64,000 nucleotides of DNA, from assembly GCF_009914755.1 (NCBI RefSeq), contig NC_060930.1. One strand, written 5' to 3'. Both the position numbers and the translations under genes were made by a program. Under the pieces are notes generated by a model that did not search any database, was not told the origin of the DNA, and saw only the letters and a program-made list of their open reading frames with translations. Source of the stretch: the human T2T-CHM13v2.0 reference genome, Homo sapiens. Position 1 is the stretch's first letter, and every line of letters begins with the position of its first letter. Below, one piece after another: positions 27,000 to 40,640 of the stretch.

Positions 27000-28800
27000 T
27001 TGACTCACTTGTACAAAGACTGGGGTGATGACCACTGAGTAGGTCTTTGATCCAGGCCTGAGCCCACTGCATTTTATTACCTGGCTCCTCTACATCCCCA
27101 CTCTAACAGAGCATCATGATGGCAACGTGGACCCTGGATCAAGCGTTCTGAAAATATTTGGACATTCCCCCTTTCCATATTTTATAGTCACCTGAGTAAA
27201 TGTCTACAGAACCCTTTGTGGAAAGCATTGGGAACACATTACTGTCTACAGTGTCATGCCACTGTAAGGTGTTTCCTCTTAAGGATTAGGCTTCTCTTTT
27301 AGTCAGTGGAATCCACATGTGAAACTGGGTTGAGGGCCAGAAATGAAGGCTAAAAATCATGACTTCTAATTGGGGCAACTTACCTCAGCCTCCTGATCAT
27401 TACCCATAAATTATCTGTACAGGTTGAGTGGTAAATCTTAAGATATCCATGTATTCTGCTGCTAGAGATACATGTTTGATGGTCTCCACAGCTCTGTGCT
27501 GGTCAGGCCACCAGGTTGCCTCTCCAAGCTTGCCACTCATTGTGATAATTACCTATATTTGGCTCCTAATTCATAAATGCTACCACCTGGTATTCATTTT
27601 CAGTATGTTCCTCATCCACAGTGCTGTTAGTTCTGGAATGGTATTTCCTACTATCAGCCTTGGCCTGCAGAGGCAGGCCACCACTAAATTACTAAGTGAT
27701 GCAGGCGCCCCTCTCACAAGCATGTTTCTGATGGTTTGGGTGAATAGTGTGTTCTACGGGCCTTCCCATGGAACCTAGTCCTTTACTGGGTCTTCTGAGC
27801 TTATGTTGTTTGTTCGCTCTATCATGAGCCTTTCTCTGACTCTTTCAGAGTGTCATGGATATTCTGGCATTTCTGTCTCAGCATGAGCAGCAGATAATGC
27901 CTCATATCTTGAATCCAGCCTGTTCCCTTTTGTAAATCAAGTTTTATTGAAACACACACAGCCACTCTCATTTATATATGTATTATTTATGAGAGCTTTT
28001 CCACTACAATGGCAGAATTGATGAGTTGCAATCGAGACCATGTGGCCTGCAAATCCTAAAATATTTATTATTTGTCCCTGGTAGCAAAAGTTCCCTTACT
28101 GCTCAAGTAGCCCATTGCTTGTTCCATGCTTCTAGAAACCATTCTAGTAGAGTAATATTTCCAGAGTGTTAAATTCTGTGTTCTGAGAGTCCCAAATTGA
28201 TAAGTTCTTGCTTATACAACTTTATTTTCCAGCCATTCTGATCAAACACCCTCAGAAACCAGTCTCGTGGGTAGTCTCCCAGCTCTTGCCAGTATATACT
28301 GGCTAGGTTCTCTAACTCTTTGGAGGCGCAGTCTCTTTCTCCATTATCAGTCTCTGCCTGTCCCTGACTGTGTCATGTTGTAACTTAACTCTAGTTATGG
28401 GTCTAGCAGTTAGAAGGAGAGGAAGGAGCATTCTAAGACAGGTATATGTTGCCTGGCAAAGAAGAAGCCTTTGCTTCATTTTCAAGAAAAGAGGGAGTGC
28501 TAGCTTCTAGCAGAGAGGCCACTTGTGCAAATTCAGAGGGTTTGGGGGAGTCGTGCCTTTCATAATTTTTGAGAGTATCAACCCAGATCTCCCATCACCT
28601 TTGTTAGGATCCCATTATGTCCCAAGCAGTGCTTAAACCTTGGCATAGCTTTACTTGGAAGTTCAAACTCATTGGCACTCAGCTACTCTGACAATTAAGC
28701 CCTGGTCCTCGTCCTAAGCTTACTCTTCCCTCTCATTGCACATGATAATTGTCTCTTTACAAACTTCCAAGGTGCTTGTCAGGCTTTCTTATTGACTTTT
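27000..28800 (-). mobile_element. ERVL-class internal (gag) fragment
   Basis: Minus-strand translation of ~27676-27771, PWEGP*NTLFTQTIRNMLVRGAPASLSNLVVA, resembles the ERVL/MaLR gag motif WEGPEDTPFT..RN..VRGAP.SL; boundaries approximate. Confidence 0.65.
27917..28103. mobile_element. MER58A (hAT-Charlie) fragment
   Basis: ttttgtaaatcaagttttattgaaacac...gagaccatgtggcctgcaaatcctaaaatatttat. Confidence 0.8.
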
Positions 28801-29423
28801 AATCATTAAGTAATTGCTCTCCACTCCATTTTATTTTTGTCTGAAGATCAATCAAGTTTGTCATTACAGTTACTAATTCTACCATATTGCTAAATGCTTA
28901 ATAGAATGTATTAGCTGATTAATTTTCTTTCATCAGTATACATTGCACCAAGGACTCACTGTTTTCCATCTACCACCAGTGATGGGACTCTTCCAGCTAA
29001 TAACATACATTTTTTTTTCTCCCAGAAAGGTGGGAAAATAGAACACAAAGGAAGGATGCTATAATAAACATCCTGGATTCATCTATTCAACTTTATTTGT
29101 AATTAACACTGGTGTCACTTAAAATTTCACTAGTAGGTTAACTATTTCTATCCCACTGTATCTTTTCCCAAGAGAGACCAGGTTTCTTGACTGGAATAAA
29201 GTACTTCAAAACTCTGTAACAATTTTATTACTCATATTAACAACAGGCTAATATCCACGAAATGCCAAAGGGTAAAATTAATACTCAGTTGCAAGTATAA
29301 CCCAATCTATAAGATCATCACTAGAGCCACCCTGCATTAAAAAGCGCTTCCTTTAAATTTAGAAAGATAATAACTAACATTATTTACACTGGATATTTAA
29401 AATTATATTGATTTTTGTTTCCC

Positions 29424-31000
29424 TTTTTTTACAATTTTAACTTTTATTATAGATTAAGGGGTACATTTTCAGGTTTGTTACATGAATATATTGAGTGATG
29501 CTGAGGTATCATTCCCACCACCCAGGTAGTGAGCATGGTACTCAAGAGGTAGTTTTTCTCCCTGCCTGCCTCTCCCATCTAGTACTCACCAGTGTCTATT
29601 GTTCTCATCTTTAAGTCTATGTGTATTGAATGTTTAGCTTCCACTTACAAGTGAGAAAATGCAGTATTAAGTTTTCTATTCTTACATTAATTTGCTTAGG
29701 ACAATGGCCTCCAGTTACATCCATGTTGCTGCAAGAGACATGATTTCATTCTTTTTTATGTCTGCATGGAATTCCGTGGTATATATGTACCACATTTTCT
29801 TTATCCAATCCACTGTTGATGGGCACCTAGCTTGATTCCATGTCTTTGCTATTGTGACTGGCACTGCAATGAACATACAAGTACATTTGTCTTTTTGGAA
29901 GAATGAATTATTTTCCTTAAGGTATATACCCAGTAGTGAGGTTGCTGTGTTGAATGGCAGTTCTAAGTTCTTTGAGAAATCTCCAAATTGCTTTCCATGG
30001 TGGCTGAACTCGTTTGCATTCCTACCAACAGTGTATAAGCATTCTTTTTTCTTCACAGTTTCACCAGCATCTGTTACTTTTTGACTGTTTAATAATTGCC
30101 ATTTTGACTGGTGTGAGATGGTATCTTATTGTGATTTTGATTTGCATTTTTTTCTGATGATTAGTGATGTTCAGCATGTTTTCACATTTGTTGGCCATGT
30201 GTATACCTTCTTTTGAGAAATGTCTGTTCATGTCCTTTGCCCATTTCTTAATTGGGTTATTTGTTTCTTGCTTTTGGATTTGTTTAAGTTTCTTGTAGAT
30301 TCTGGATATTAGACTTTTCAGATGTATCATTTATGAACATCTTCTCCCATTCTGTAGGCTATCTGTTTACTCTGTTGGTAGTTTCTTTTGCTGTGCAGAG
30401 CTCTTTAGTTTAATTGGATGCCACTTGTCAATTTTTGTTTTTGTTGCAATTGCTTTGGGGACTTAGCCAAAAATTCTTTGCCAAAGCCAGTATTGAGAAT
30501 GGCATTTCCCAGATTTTCTGCTATAATTTTTACAGTTTGAGGCCTTACACTTAAATCTGTAATCCATCTTGAGTTAATTTTTGTATATGCTGAGAGGTGG
30601 GGGTCCAATTTCATTCTTCTGAATATGGCTAGCCAGTTATTCATTTACTGAATAGAAAGTCCTTTCCTCATTTTTTGGGAGGGTCAATTTTGTTGAAGAT
30701 CAGATGGTTGCAGGAGTGTGGATTTATTTCTGGGTTCTCTATTCTGTTCAATTGGTCTATGTGTCTGTTTGTGTACGAGTACTATGCTCTTTTGGTTACT
30801 GTAGTTTTACAGTATAGTTTGAAGCTGGGTAATGTGATGCCTCCAGCTTTGTTCTGTTTACTTACTATAGCTTTGCCTATTTGTGCTCTTTTTTTTTGGT
30901 TCATATAAACTTTAAAATAGATTTTTCCAATCCTGTGAAAAATGACATTGGTATTTTGATAAGGATAGCATTGAATTTGTAAATTGCTTTGGGCAGTATA
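29424..31000 (-). mobile_element. L1P (old PA/PB) 3' 1.6 kb
   Basis: L1 3'UTR plus ORF2 C-terminal remnants (TIAKTWNQARCPSTVDWIKKMWYIYT; KLDPHLSAYTKINSRWI). Confidence 0.93.
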
Positions 31001-32304
31001 ATCTGAATGAAAGTTAATATACAGCTTAAATTTTTTCATACATAAGGATTTCTTTGCTTTCACAACACAACTGCTGCAATTTTCTTTCCTGTCTTCTTAT
31101 ATAACAGTGCTAAGAAACATGAAGGTTAAAGAGAGTATTCAGTGACTTCACTGTGGAAATATCATTATTAGGTACTGAAAAAAAATAAGAAAAAGAAAAC
31201 TGTGGTTTCACTGCAAAGTTTTTAATCATCAATATTTAAGCACACCTAATTCTGATCTAACAGAGCCGAAAGGAGGAACATTTTTATTTGCTCGAGCTTT
31301 CAAAGATATCATGGAAAAATAAAATGTCAATAATCGTATACTAACTGTGGAATAACCACATAGGATATCATAACTGGGCAAGTAGCGACTTTCAACATTT
31401 TAAAACTTGAACTCAAAAGAATGCAGCTATGTGAAAAAATGCTGATGATGGAAAAAATGGTATGTACGTTAACAGAAAGAGAAAATGAGTTTTTTAAACA
31501 TAAGGTGAGCAAGTGCAGAAATAGGGTGATTTTAAATGTGGGAAGCAGACTGTGAGTGATTGCTAATTATAAAAAGAAAGATGAAAGAAGCACCTGCAAG
31601 AAACAAGTGAGGCAATTATAGCAGGTGGAGAGATATTAATGGCTAAAGAGTGAACAGTATAGGGCAGATAGAATTGGGCATGAATATGGTTGTCAGTCTT
31701 GTCATGTTCCATCCACATAGAAACTACAATAGCAGAAGTAAAGAGGAGGGCTGTGTACCCACTTTAATGAAGAATGTAATTCATTAAAATGTAAAGACAT
31801 CATGCATATTATTTTTTTTCTCATAATCATAACATTTTCTGTAGGTAGACATATAAGAGAGAAGAAATTACATGCTCATTTGCTCCTCTCCAAAGTAAGA
31901 AAAGTATTTTATTATATCGTTCTTAAATCTCAGTTTCTCTAACATAAAACCAACTGGATCCAAACCTGCATCTGGCTTTGGAATTTATTTCTTTGGATGC
32001 ATATCAATGTGTGGGTATCTTTACCTCCGAGCCCGAGATATTCTCAGTACTATGGGTAAACAAACAAAAACACAAAACATGTTTGAGTTATAAGTCTATT
32101 TTCTTTTGTAATCTTAGTGTAATAGAATCTCAAAAGTAAAAGTGTGAATTCAGCCCAAACCAGATTCACTAGTTAAACAATAACTGTGAACCACTCCTTC
32201 TACTCCTAAATAGAATAGAAATTGTTTTTTATCTACAAATTCTTCTCTTTCAAATTCGCTAGACCATAGAAACCAAATATTATCTAAGAAAAAAACATTT
32301 TTGG

Positions 32305-32605
<301 letters not shown>

Positions 32606-32912
32606 TTAAAAGCGTAAACAATATCATTCTGAAATATTAAAACTTAATAACATGTAAATGAGGATAATAATTAAAAAGAGCAAATAAAATCTCAATTTCA
32701 ATCTGAAACTTAAAAGTTAATACAATGCTTGGTATGAATGTCACTCAATTTTAAATCATGTGACACTCATACCAGGCATTGAATTAACTTTTTTCTGTGA
32801 CTAGTATATAAATATCTAGGGGCGTGGCCCAGTAAAGTTCTAGATCATTAAAATTCCTTAAAATATTAACCAATTAATCAGGTAAGTGCTCATGACCAAT
32901 TAGTATACATAG

Positions 32913-33449
32913 TGTATTAGTCAGGGTTCTCTAGAGGGACAGAACTAATAGGATACATGTATACGTGAAAGGGAATTTATTAAGGAGAATTGACTTACAT
33001 GATCACAAGGTGAATTCTCATGATAGACCATCTGCAATTTGAGGAGCAAGGAAGCCAGTAGTGGCTCAGCCTGAGTTCCAAAACCTCAAAAGTAGGGAAG
33101 CCAACACTGCAGCCTTCAGTCTATAGCCGAAGGCCCGAAAGCCATTGGTGAAAGTCCAAGAGTCCAAAACTGAAAGAACTTGGAGCCTGATGTTCAAGGG
33201 CAGGAAGCATCCAGCATGGGAGAAAGATGAAGGCCTAAACACTCAGCAATTCAGCTCATTCCACCTTCCACCTGCTTTTCCTAGCCAGTCTGGCAGCCAA
33301 TTTGATGGTGCCCTCCCAGATTGAGTGGGTCTGCTTCTGGCAGTCCACTGACTCAAATGTTAATCTCCTTTAGCAACACCCATACAGACACACCCAGGAA
33401 CAATACTCTGCATTATTCAATCCAATCAAGTTGACACTTAACCATCACA
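32913..33449 (-). mobile_element. MLT2A (HERV-L) solo LTR, MLT2A2 by length
   Basis: Termini tgtattagtcagggttctctagaggg...ttaaccatcaca; perfect 5-bp TSD CATAG at 32908-32912 and 33450-33454. Confidence 0.9.
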
Positions 33450-33529
33450 CATAGTAATCTGTTATTTAATATCGTTATTTCCAAACAAGAAGACTATACT
33501 TTATAATCCAAAAATAAAGAAGCAGCAGA

Positions 33530-33830
<301 letters not shown>

Positions 33831-34299
33831 GAAGCAGCAGACCTGAGAAAATAAAAGCTCTATCAGAGCAGGTAAGGGGTGGGGGAGAAATGGTTGATTC
33901 ATTGCGGGTTTGTATAAAGGTCTGCAGCTAGCTTTTGTGTCTAGAAATAGGCAAAAATATAATTTGTTTGTATGGTTGCATTTAGAAACCTAAATGATAA
34001 TTAAAATATTTTTTAAATGGAGATGCTGAGGTATAGATGAGAGAGGTAAGTCAGATTATAGACTGGCCATCTGCCAAAAGTTGATGACATACACAACAAC
34101 AGAAAAAAAAAAAATTTAAAATTTACCAGTAGCAACCATACAAAACAAGAAATCCAATTTTCTTTCTTAAATTTTGAAACATATTTGCCAAGGAAAGGTA
34201 CAGGATTCTGGCTGGCAGAGTCAGGCCTTAGAAGCTGTATTAGAGGGAGGAAGAAAATCAAATTCTGACAAGTCTTATCAATAGCACATAACGTGTAGA

Positions 34300-35731
34300 T
34301 GTGTCCAGAATTGGTGGGTTCTTGGTGGTCTCACTGACTTCAAGAATGAAGCGGCGAACCCCCGCGGTGAGTATTACAGTTCTTAAAGGCGGCGTATCCG
34401 GAGTTTGTTCCTTCTGATGTTCGGATGTGTTCCGAGTTTCTTCCTTCTGGTAGGTTCGTGGTCTCGCTGGCTCAGGAGTGAAGCTGCGGACCTTCGCAGT
34501 GAGTGTTACAGCTCATAAAGGCAGTGTGGACCCAAAGAGTGAGCAGCAGCAAGATTTATTGCAAAGAGCGAAAGAACAAAGCTTCCACAGTGTGGAAAGG
34601 GACCCGAGCAGGTTGCCACTGCTGGCTCAGGCAGCCTGCTTTGATTCTCTTATCTGGCCCCACCCACATCCTGCTGATTGGTCCATTTTACAGAGAGCCC
34701 AGTGGTCTGTTTTGACAGGGTGCTGATTGGTGCATTTACAATCCCTGAGTTAGACACAAAGGTTCTCCACCTCCCCACTAGATTAGCTAGATACAGAGTG
34801 TGGACACAAAGGTTCTCCAAGTCCCCACCAGAGTAGTTAGATACAGAGTGTTGATTGGTGCATTCACAAACCATGAGCTAGACACAGGGTGCTGATTGGT
34901 GTGTTTACAAACCTTGAGCTAGATACAGAGTGCCCATTGGTGTATTTACAATCCCTTAGCTAGACATAAAGGTTCTCCAAGTCCCCACCAGAGTAGCTAG
35001 ATACAGAGTGTCCCTTGGTGCATTCACAAACCCTGAGCTAGACACAGGGTGTTGATTGGTGTGTTTACAAACCTTGAGCTAGATACAGAGTGCCAATTGG
35101 TGTATTTACAATCCCTTAGCTAGACATAAAGGTTCTCCAAGTCCCCACCAGACTCAGGAGCCCAGCTGGCTTCACCCAGTGGATCCCACACCGGGGCCGC
35201 AGGTGGAGCTGCCTGCCAGTTCCGTGCCCTGTGCCCGCACCCCTCAGCCCTTGGGTGGTTGATGGGACTGGGCGCCGTGGAGCGGGGGAGGCGCTCGTCG
35301 AGGAGGCTCGGGCCACACAGGAGCCCACGGAGTTGGGGGAGGCTCAGGCATGGGGGGCTGCTGGTCCTGAGCCCTGCCCCATGGGAAGGCAGCTAAGGCC
35401 CGCGAGAAATTGAGCACAGCAGCTGCTGGTGCAGGTGCTAAGCCCCTCACTGCCTGGGGCCAGCAGGGCTCGCCGAGCCCTCGCCCACACGGAACTTGTG
35501 TTGGCCCGCAAGCACCGCATGCAGCCCTGGTTCCCACTCGCGCCTCTCCCTCCACACCTCCCTGCAAGCTGAGGGAGCCGGCTCCGGCCTTGGCCAGCCC
35601 AGAAAGGGGCTCCCACAGTGCAGCGGTGGGCTGAAGGGCTCCTCAAGTGCCGCCAAAGTGGGCACCAAGGCTGAGGAGGCGCCCAGAGCGAGCGAGGGCT
35701 GTGAGGGCTGCCAGCATGCTGTCACCTCTCA
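34300..35731 (-). mobile_element. LTR12C (ERV9) solo LTR
   Basis: Minus strand begins TGAGAGGTGACAGCATGCTGGCAG and ends CCAATTCTGGACACA; GC-rich U3 with tandem CCAAT/GATA repeats. Confidence 0.95.
34630..35150 (-). promoter_or_regulatory. LTR12C enhancer/promoter repeats (NF-Y CCAAT plus GATA)
   Basis: Seven intact CCAAT boxes (attgg on +) between 34676 and 35100, interleaved with agata motifs; the TATA-equivalent reads AATCAAA. Confidence 0.7.
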
Positions 35732-36129
35732 TGAGGACTTGGGCTCTCAGAAAATGCAACAGAATCTTTGAGGCTCACCATTTTACAGGGCTTCAATCTG
35801 AATTGAAAAAAAATGACCTGAAACCCCAGAATATACTGCCACAGGACTAAGGGTATAACTCCAACTAGATGTAGGACAAAAATCTCAGATCAGAAAATAG
35901 AGGCCAGGTCATCTAACGTAGGCTGCATTCAGGTATTTGCAAAATTACCTCCTTCCTGGCCCCTTCCCACCAGAAGGCTCTGAAAAAGTAGCTAGAACTC
36001 ACATACTACAGCTCTAAAATTCAGCTCTCAAGGAGGGATGGTTCTCAGATATGGCAGTTAAAGGCAAATTGTAACCACTCACTCTCTAAATAGGGTCCAG
36101 TGAAAGGTCTGTTTAGAGCTGCTCCTATT

Positions 36130-36900
36130 TAGCGTAAGCTAAATGAAGTAACTACACAGCCATACTACACCAAAAAAAAAAAAAAAGAAAAATGGAAGAA
36201 ATAAATCAAAAATATCACAAGAGATCATAGCATGCAAAAGCCAGATGAAGAATTTATTATGGAAAAAATAATCTAACAAATTCAGTAAAAAGATCATTCC
36301 CCACAAATATATTATAAATGAATTTAATAAAAACATATATTCAATAATGTAAGAGTTCAAAGCTAAGATAAACAACCAAATAAAATTGAAAGAGAAGTTC
36401 CGGAGCCAGGAAAACAAAAAATCCAAAGGCTATTTGCAAACAAATACATTGTAAACATGAAAGCACAGACATACAAAAAGACATGAGATTACCATTTGTA
36501 TGTAAAGGAAGTGGCCTAAAAGTTTAATGAAGTAGACAAAACTTGATACAAATGGAAGGAAAAGATTGTCTGGGCCAAGGAAATCAAAAGTGGTGTGGTG
36601 CACTCAACATATGGCACAGGAGATATGTTCAAAGACAGAATATAAAAATTTCCTAAAGCACAAAATAAGTAAAACTGTAGACTGAAACATTTAAGAAGTT
36701 TTGGAATATAATGCCTATGAGCCTTTCCAGAAAAGTACAAAGTCCAACCAACCAACAGATAAATCAAAAGAAAGATGGCAATAAAAAAGGACTGTGGTGT
36801 TTGATGAGTCCTGAATCCACTAAATACAGAAAAAATAAAAGGAAACATCAGTGATATTTATATTACAGAAAAAGAATGTTTTAGAATTTTTGACAAAGAA
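36130..36900 (+). mobile_element. Old L1 ORF1-region fragments
   Basis: A-rich, degenerate L1-like sequence; boundaries approximate. Confidence 0.45.
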
Positions 36901-37166
36901 AAGCAAGTAATATAAACTTTAAAAACTGAAGTTCAAATAAGGGGGGTTAGAGGCAAACTGGGCACTCTCTTATTTTCACATAGGTAGGAAATCACATAAT
37001 ACTATACAAAAAATAAATTTAGACTTTTTGGCATCATCTTGATGCTTTTATATACTTTTTAACTTTAGAGGTATCTTTATGAACTCTTGTGGTAAAAGAT
37101 TATTTATCCAAGGTACAACAATCCATTTTGTGTGTGTGTTAAAATATTAGTTAATTTTAATACTGC

Positions 37167-37550
37167 TGTTAAAAAAAAATTCAGTCAAATTAAAGTTAGC
37201 AAAATTTATTTGAGCAGAGAATAATTCATAAATTAGGCAACACCCTGAACTAGTGAAGGCTCAGAGAGCTCCCCCAAGTAGTCTGAGCAGAGAGCTGTTA
37301 TAGGCCAGACACAGAAGGAAAGTAGAGGAATCACCTGATTGGCTATAGTTAGGCATCTGGCTTATTCGGGCATGCCTGTGATTAATGGGAACGTGGCTGC
37401 TTGTGACTGGCTGAAACTCAGCTATTTGTTAAACTCCTAAATTAGGTTTTGGTTTGTTTACATACTAAGTTAGGTTATAATTTGTTATGTAGGAGCTCAA
37501 ACTACAGAGATAGTCTCAGGCTTAAGGCCTCTTGCTTATTTAATTTAATA
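37167..37550 (-). mobile_element. LTR37-like ERV1 solo LTR
   Basis: Reverse strand starts (t)attaaattaaataagcaagaggcc...aacctaacttagtatgtaaacaaacc; flanks ctgc and ctgg as a possible 4-bp TSD. Confidence 0.7.
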
Positions 37551-38479
37551 CTGGTAAACTAGCCATTACTATTTGATCACATTTTATAAAATTATTACTA
37601 TGTGTGTATATGTGTGTTGGTGAGTATACATTTCTCTATTGGCCTAGAAGTATATATAAATATCTGGAATAATATTTACTTAACGCTAATGATGGTTATT
37701 GTCAGATTATAAAATTAGGGGTGATATTTTGCTTCCTTCTTTGTTGTTTTCTATTTAGCTTATAATTTCCATGATCCATTATTACATCAACTGTGAAATA
37801 ATTTTTCTAAAAAATTTGGAAGAATTAATGGTCAAGATGGTGACAGGTCACATACTTGGAAACATTTGGTTGTTTCACAGTTTCCTTGGCTGAGCCTTTA
37901 TTGACCTAAATTTTATTCTAAAGAATAAAAAGCTGTTAGCCAGCTAAAAATAATGAGTTTTCAAAAAAATTAACTGGACAGCTGAAGAACAATAAATAGG
38001 TTTGAGTCCAAAAAAGCACTTGGGAAATGCATTATTGACAGTCAAAAATGATGGTAAAATTTTGCATTTTCTAATGCTTTTTATCTTCAAAGTTCTCTCC
38101 ACAGAATATTTAATTATTTCTCATAGAATACCCTGATGGTACTAGGAAAAATCATGGTTTTTATTACAGAAAAAAAGGAGCAGTTAAAAAAAATCATGTC
38201 TGCTTCCTTCTAAGTTTATGGGTTTCTAATGTTTATTGTTTTCTAATGTCAAGGATATCTTCCAGTGTGGAAGATACAAATTATTTAACAATTTAATTAC
38301 AAGCTTGCAATTTTAAACCTAAAGAACATTCCATTTTTACATTAATGCTGCTAGACCAATACATTTATACTTTAACCTAAATGTATGCCATCTACCTAGG
38401 GTTTATTATCATCTTTTGTAGAAATATAAATTCTGAGTACAAATATCTACTTAGAAATAAAAAAAATTAAACTAGAAAG

Positions 38480-38630
38480 ATCTCTAACACAATCCCTTTC
38501 ATTTTACAGATGAGAAAACTGAAATCCTGTAGATGAAGGGATATATCATTTGCCAAAATACATTGAAGTTTTGGCAGAACTTAAGTTCAAACTCACAGCC
38601 TCTCTCAGACTTTTGTTCTTTCTATGCCAC
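38480..38630 (-). mobile_element. MIR SINE
   Basis: ccctttcattttacagatgagaaaactgaa MIR core. Confidence 0.7.
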
Positions 38631-39995
38631 ACAGCAATAATTCTCTTGAGTGCCGTTTTCTTAAAAAAAGAAAGATGTCAAAATGTCAAACCAGGTTATC
38701 TTTGCATCACATAAAGAAAGATTTGAGCAAAATTTTCTCCTTAAATTCTTATAAATTCAATTTCTGTGTAAATAACAGTATATAAACATCTGAATTATTA
38801 CATACAAAAAAACAAAATATTTGATTCTACTATGATTCATAAGGTATTTTAACTGTAGGCAACCAATATGGTAAAGTTACTATATGTTCCCTTGATTAGG
38901 AGGTGGAAATGGCTTATCAAAGATATAGTAGTTCAACCAATCTTCTAGGAAGCTCCAATTTTAAAAACATAAATTATTTTTGGAAATTAAGGAATCTTAT
39001 TCACAAGTTCAATGTACATCAGACATTGTGGTGATTGTCTGCATAGCTTTCACTGAAACAAAATTTATACCTAGAAGAGTTTCATCCTTTTAAAGCTATC
39101 ATTTCCTGAACACGTTTTAAGGCATTGTTTACTTATTTGTTCACTTGTTTTGATACACCATATTTGTGGTTGGCAATTCTGTTATGTCATTTTATTATGC
39201 TTTGCTCTTTATATCTCTTCGAAATGTGTCACTCAAGCTTATAACTTTTTGTTCACTTAAATTCAGTTTAACAGGTATGTACTAAGTACTTGTTATATAC
39301 AAAGCATTTCTCTAAACATTGAGAGAGATAAAATATGACTACAACACAGCCCTTTTCCTTAAAGATTTAAAATTATGGGGGAAAACACTATACATAGAAA
39401 TAACTAATATACGAGTTCCAACATAAAAAGTGCTGATGCAAAAGTATAAACAACAGGCACTGGGGGAGGTCAGTAGAAATAAGAGGTGAAAGAACCACTT
39501 GTGATACTCCTGACACGTTCTGAGAGCTCAATAGATGGTAGTGGTTTGTTTTTAGTCTTACTGTAGGACCACATCATGCTCCAACTCATCAGCTCACTCC
39601 CCAAAGAACATCAACAGTATAAAAACCTATTGTTAGCTGCCATGAGTCTTTTCCATTATCAAGAGAAAATCAACATACAATAAATTAAATCAAACTCACT
39701 TATTTTCATAATGCATTTAAAAATTTTACATGTTCATAATCTACTTCCTGTGCTCATTTCTCTCTTTTCCTGCTTAGTTCCAGCAAAGTGACAACACTGG
39801 TTGAAGCCAGGATTATAGTCTAGGCTTTTCTATGTTGAGACATAAGTAGCATCTTTAACACCCTCAAAGGTGTATCATGCCAGATCCAAGACATTCACAG
39901 GCCTACATTTGTCATAAAAAAATATTATAGCACTATTTCTAAGTTTGCTTATTCAAAAGTCAAGAAAGTTGAGAATTAAATGGAACCACACTCCC

Positions 39996-40300
39996 TTTTT
40001 TGTTTTTTTTTTCCCAAGAAGGAGTCTTGCTCCGTCGCCCAGGCTGGAAGTGCAATGGTGCAATCTCAGTTCACTGTAACCTCCACCTCCTGGGTTTTCA
40101 AGTGATTCTCTTGCCTCAGCCTCCCAAGTAGCTGGGATTACAGGCACCCACCACCACACCCAGCTAATTTTTGTATATTTAGTAGAAATGAGGTTTCACC
40201 ATGTTGGCCTGGCTGGACTTGAACTCCTGACCTCAGGTGATCCGCCTACCTTGGCCTGCCTAAGTGCTGGGATTACATGTGTGAGCCACTGCACCTGGCC
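39996..40300 (-). mobile_element. AluSx/Sz
   Basis: TSD aaccacactc at 39984-39993 and 40301-40310. Confidence 0.95.
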
Positions 40301-40549
40301 AACCACACTCTTTTTAATGAGTGTGTATCATTGTCTTATATCATTTTACTAACAAAGGCAGGATTTTCAAAACTTTGCATTAATTAGAATACCATGTCAC
40401 ATGACTATTTGTAGTCTTAGGAACACTTTGTGCTCTTTAGGCATGGGGGCAGTCAGAGAAAATGGAAAAGAAAAGTGACTTTTCAGGACAGCTTCACCAA
40501 AGTGCCAGTTAATACAATCCAGTTGTTTGGAGTGAGGGAAATTTCCCAC

Positions 40550-40640
40550 CAAGTAGTTAATCATCCTTTGCAAAGTCTTGCTGAAACCTTGTACTCCTCT
40601 GCCCTTGGCACTTAGAAACATTCCACTCTGTGAGCGCTGG
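40550..40640 (-). other. Candidate minus-strand exon
   Basis: Strong acceptor tttttactctttatcttgttttgcag|CCAGCG; possible donor CTTG|gtggga. Confidence 0.3.

Noticed and set aside
27428-27778. 116-aa plus-strand ORF
   Set aside because: Antisense to a decayed ERVL gag fragment; chance ORF
34720-35150. Regularly spaced repeats superficially like a CRISPR array
   Set aside because: Known LTR12 U3 tandem repeats; no unique spacers; eukaryotic context
34478-35850. Cluster of overlapping 60-107 aa ORFs
   Set aside because: Artefact of the GC-rich LTR12C sequence
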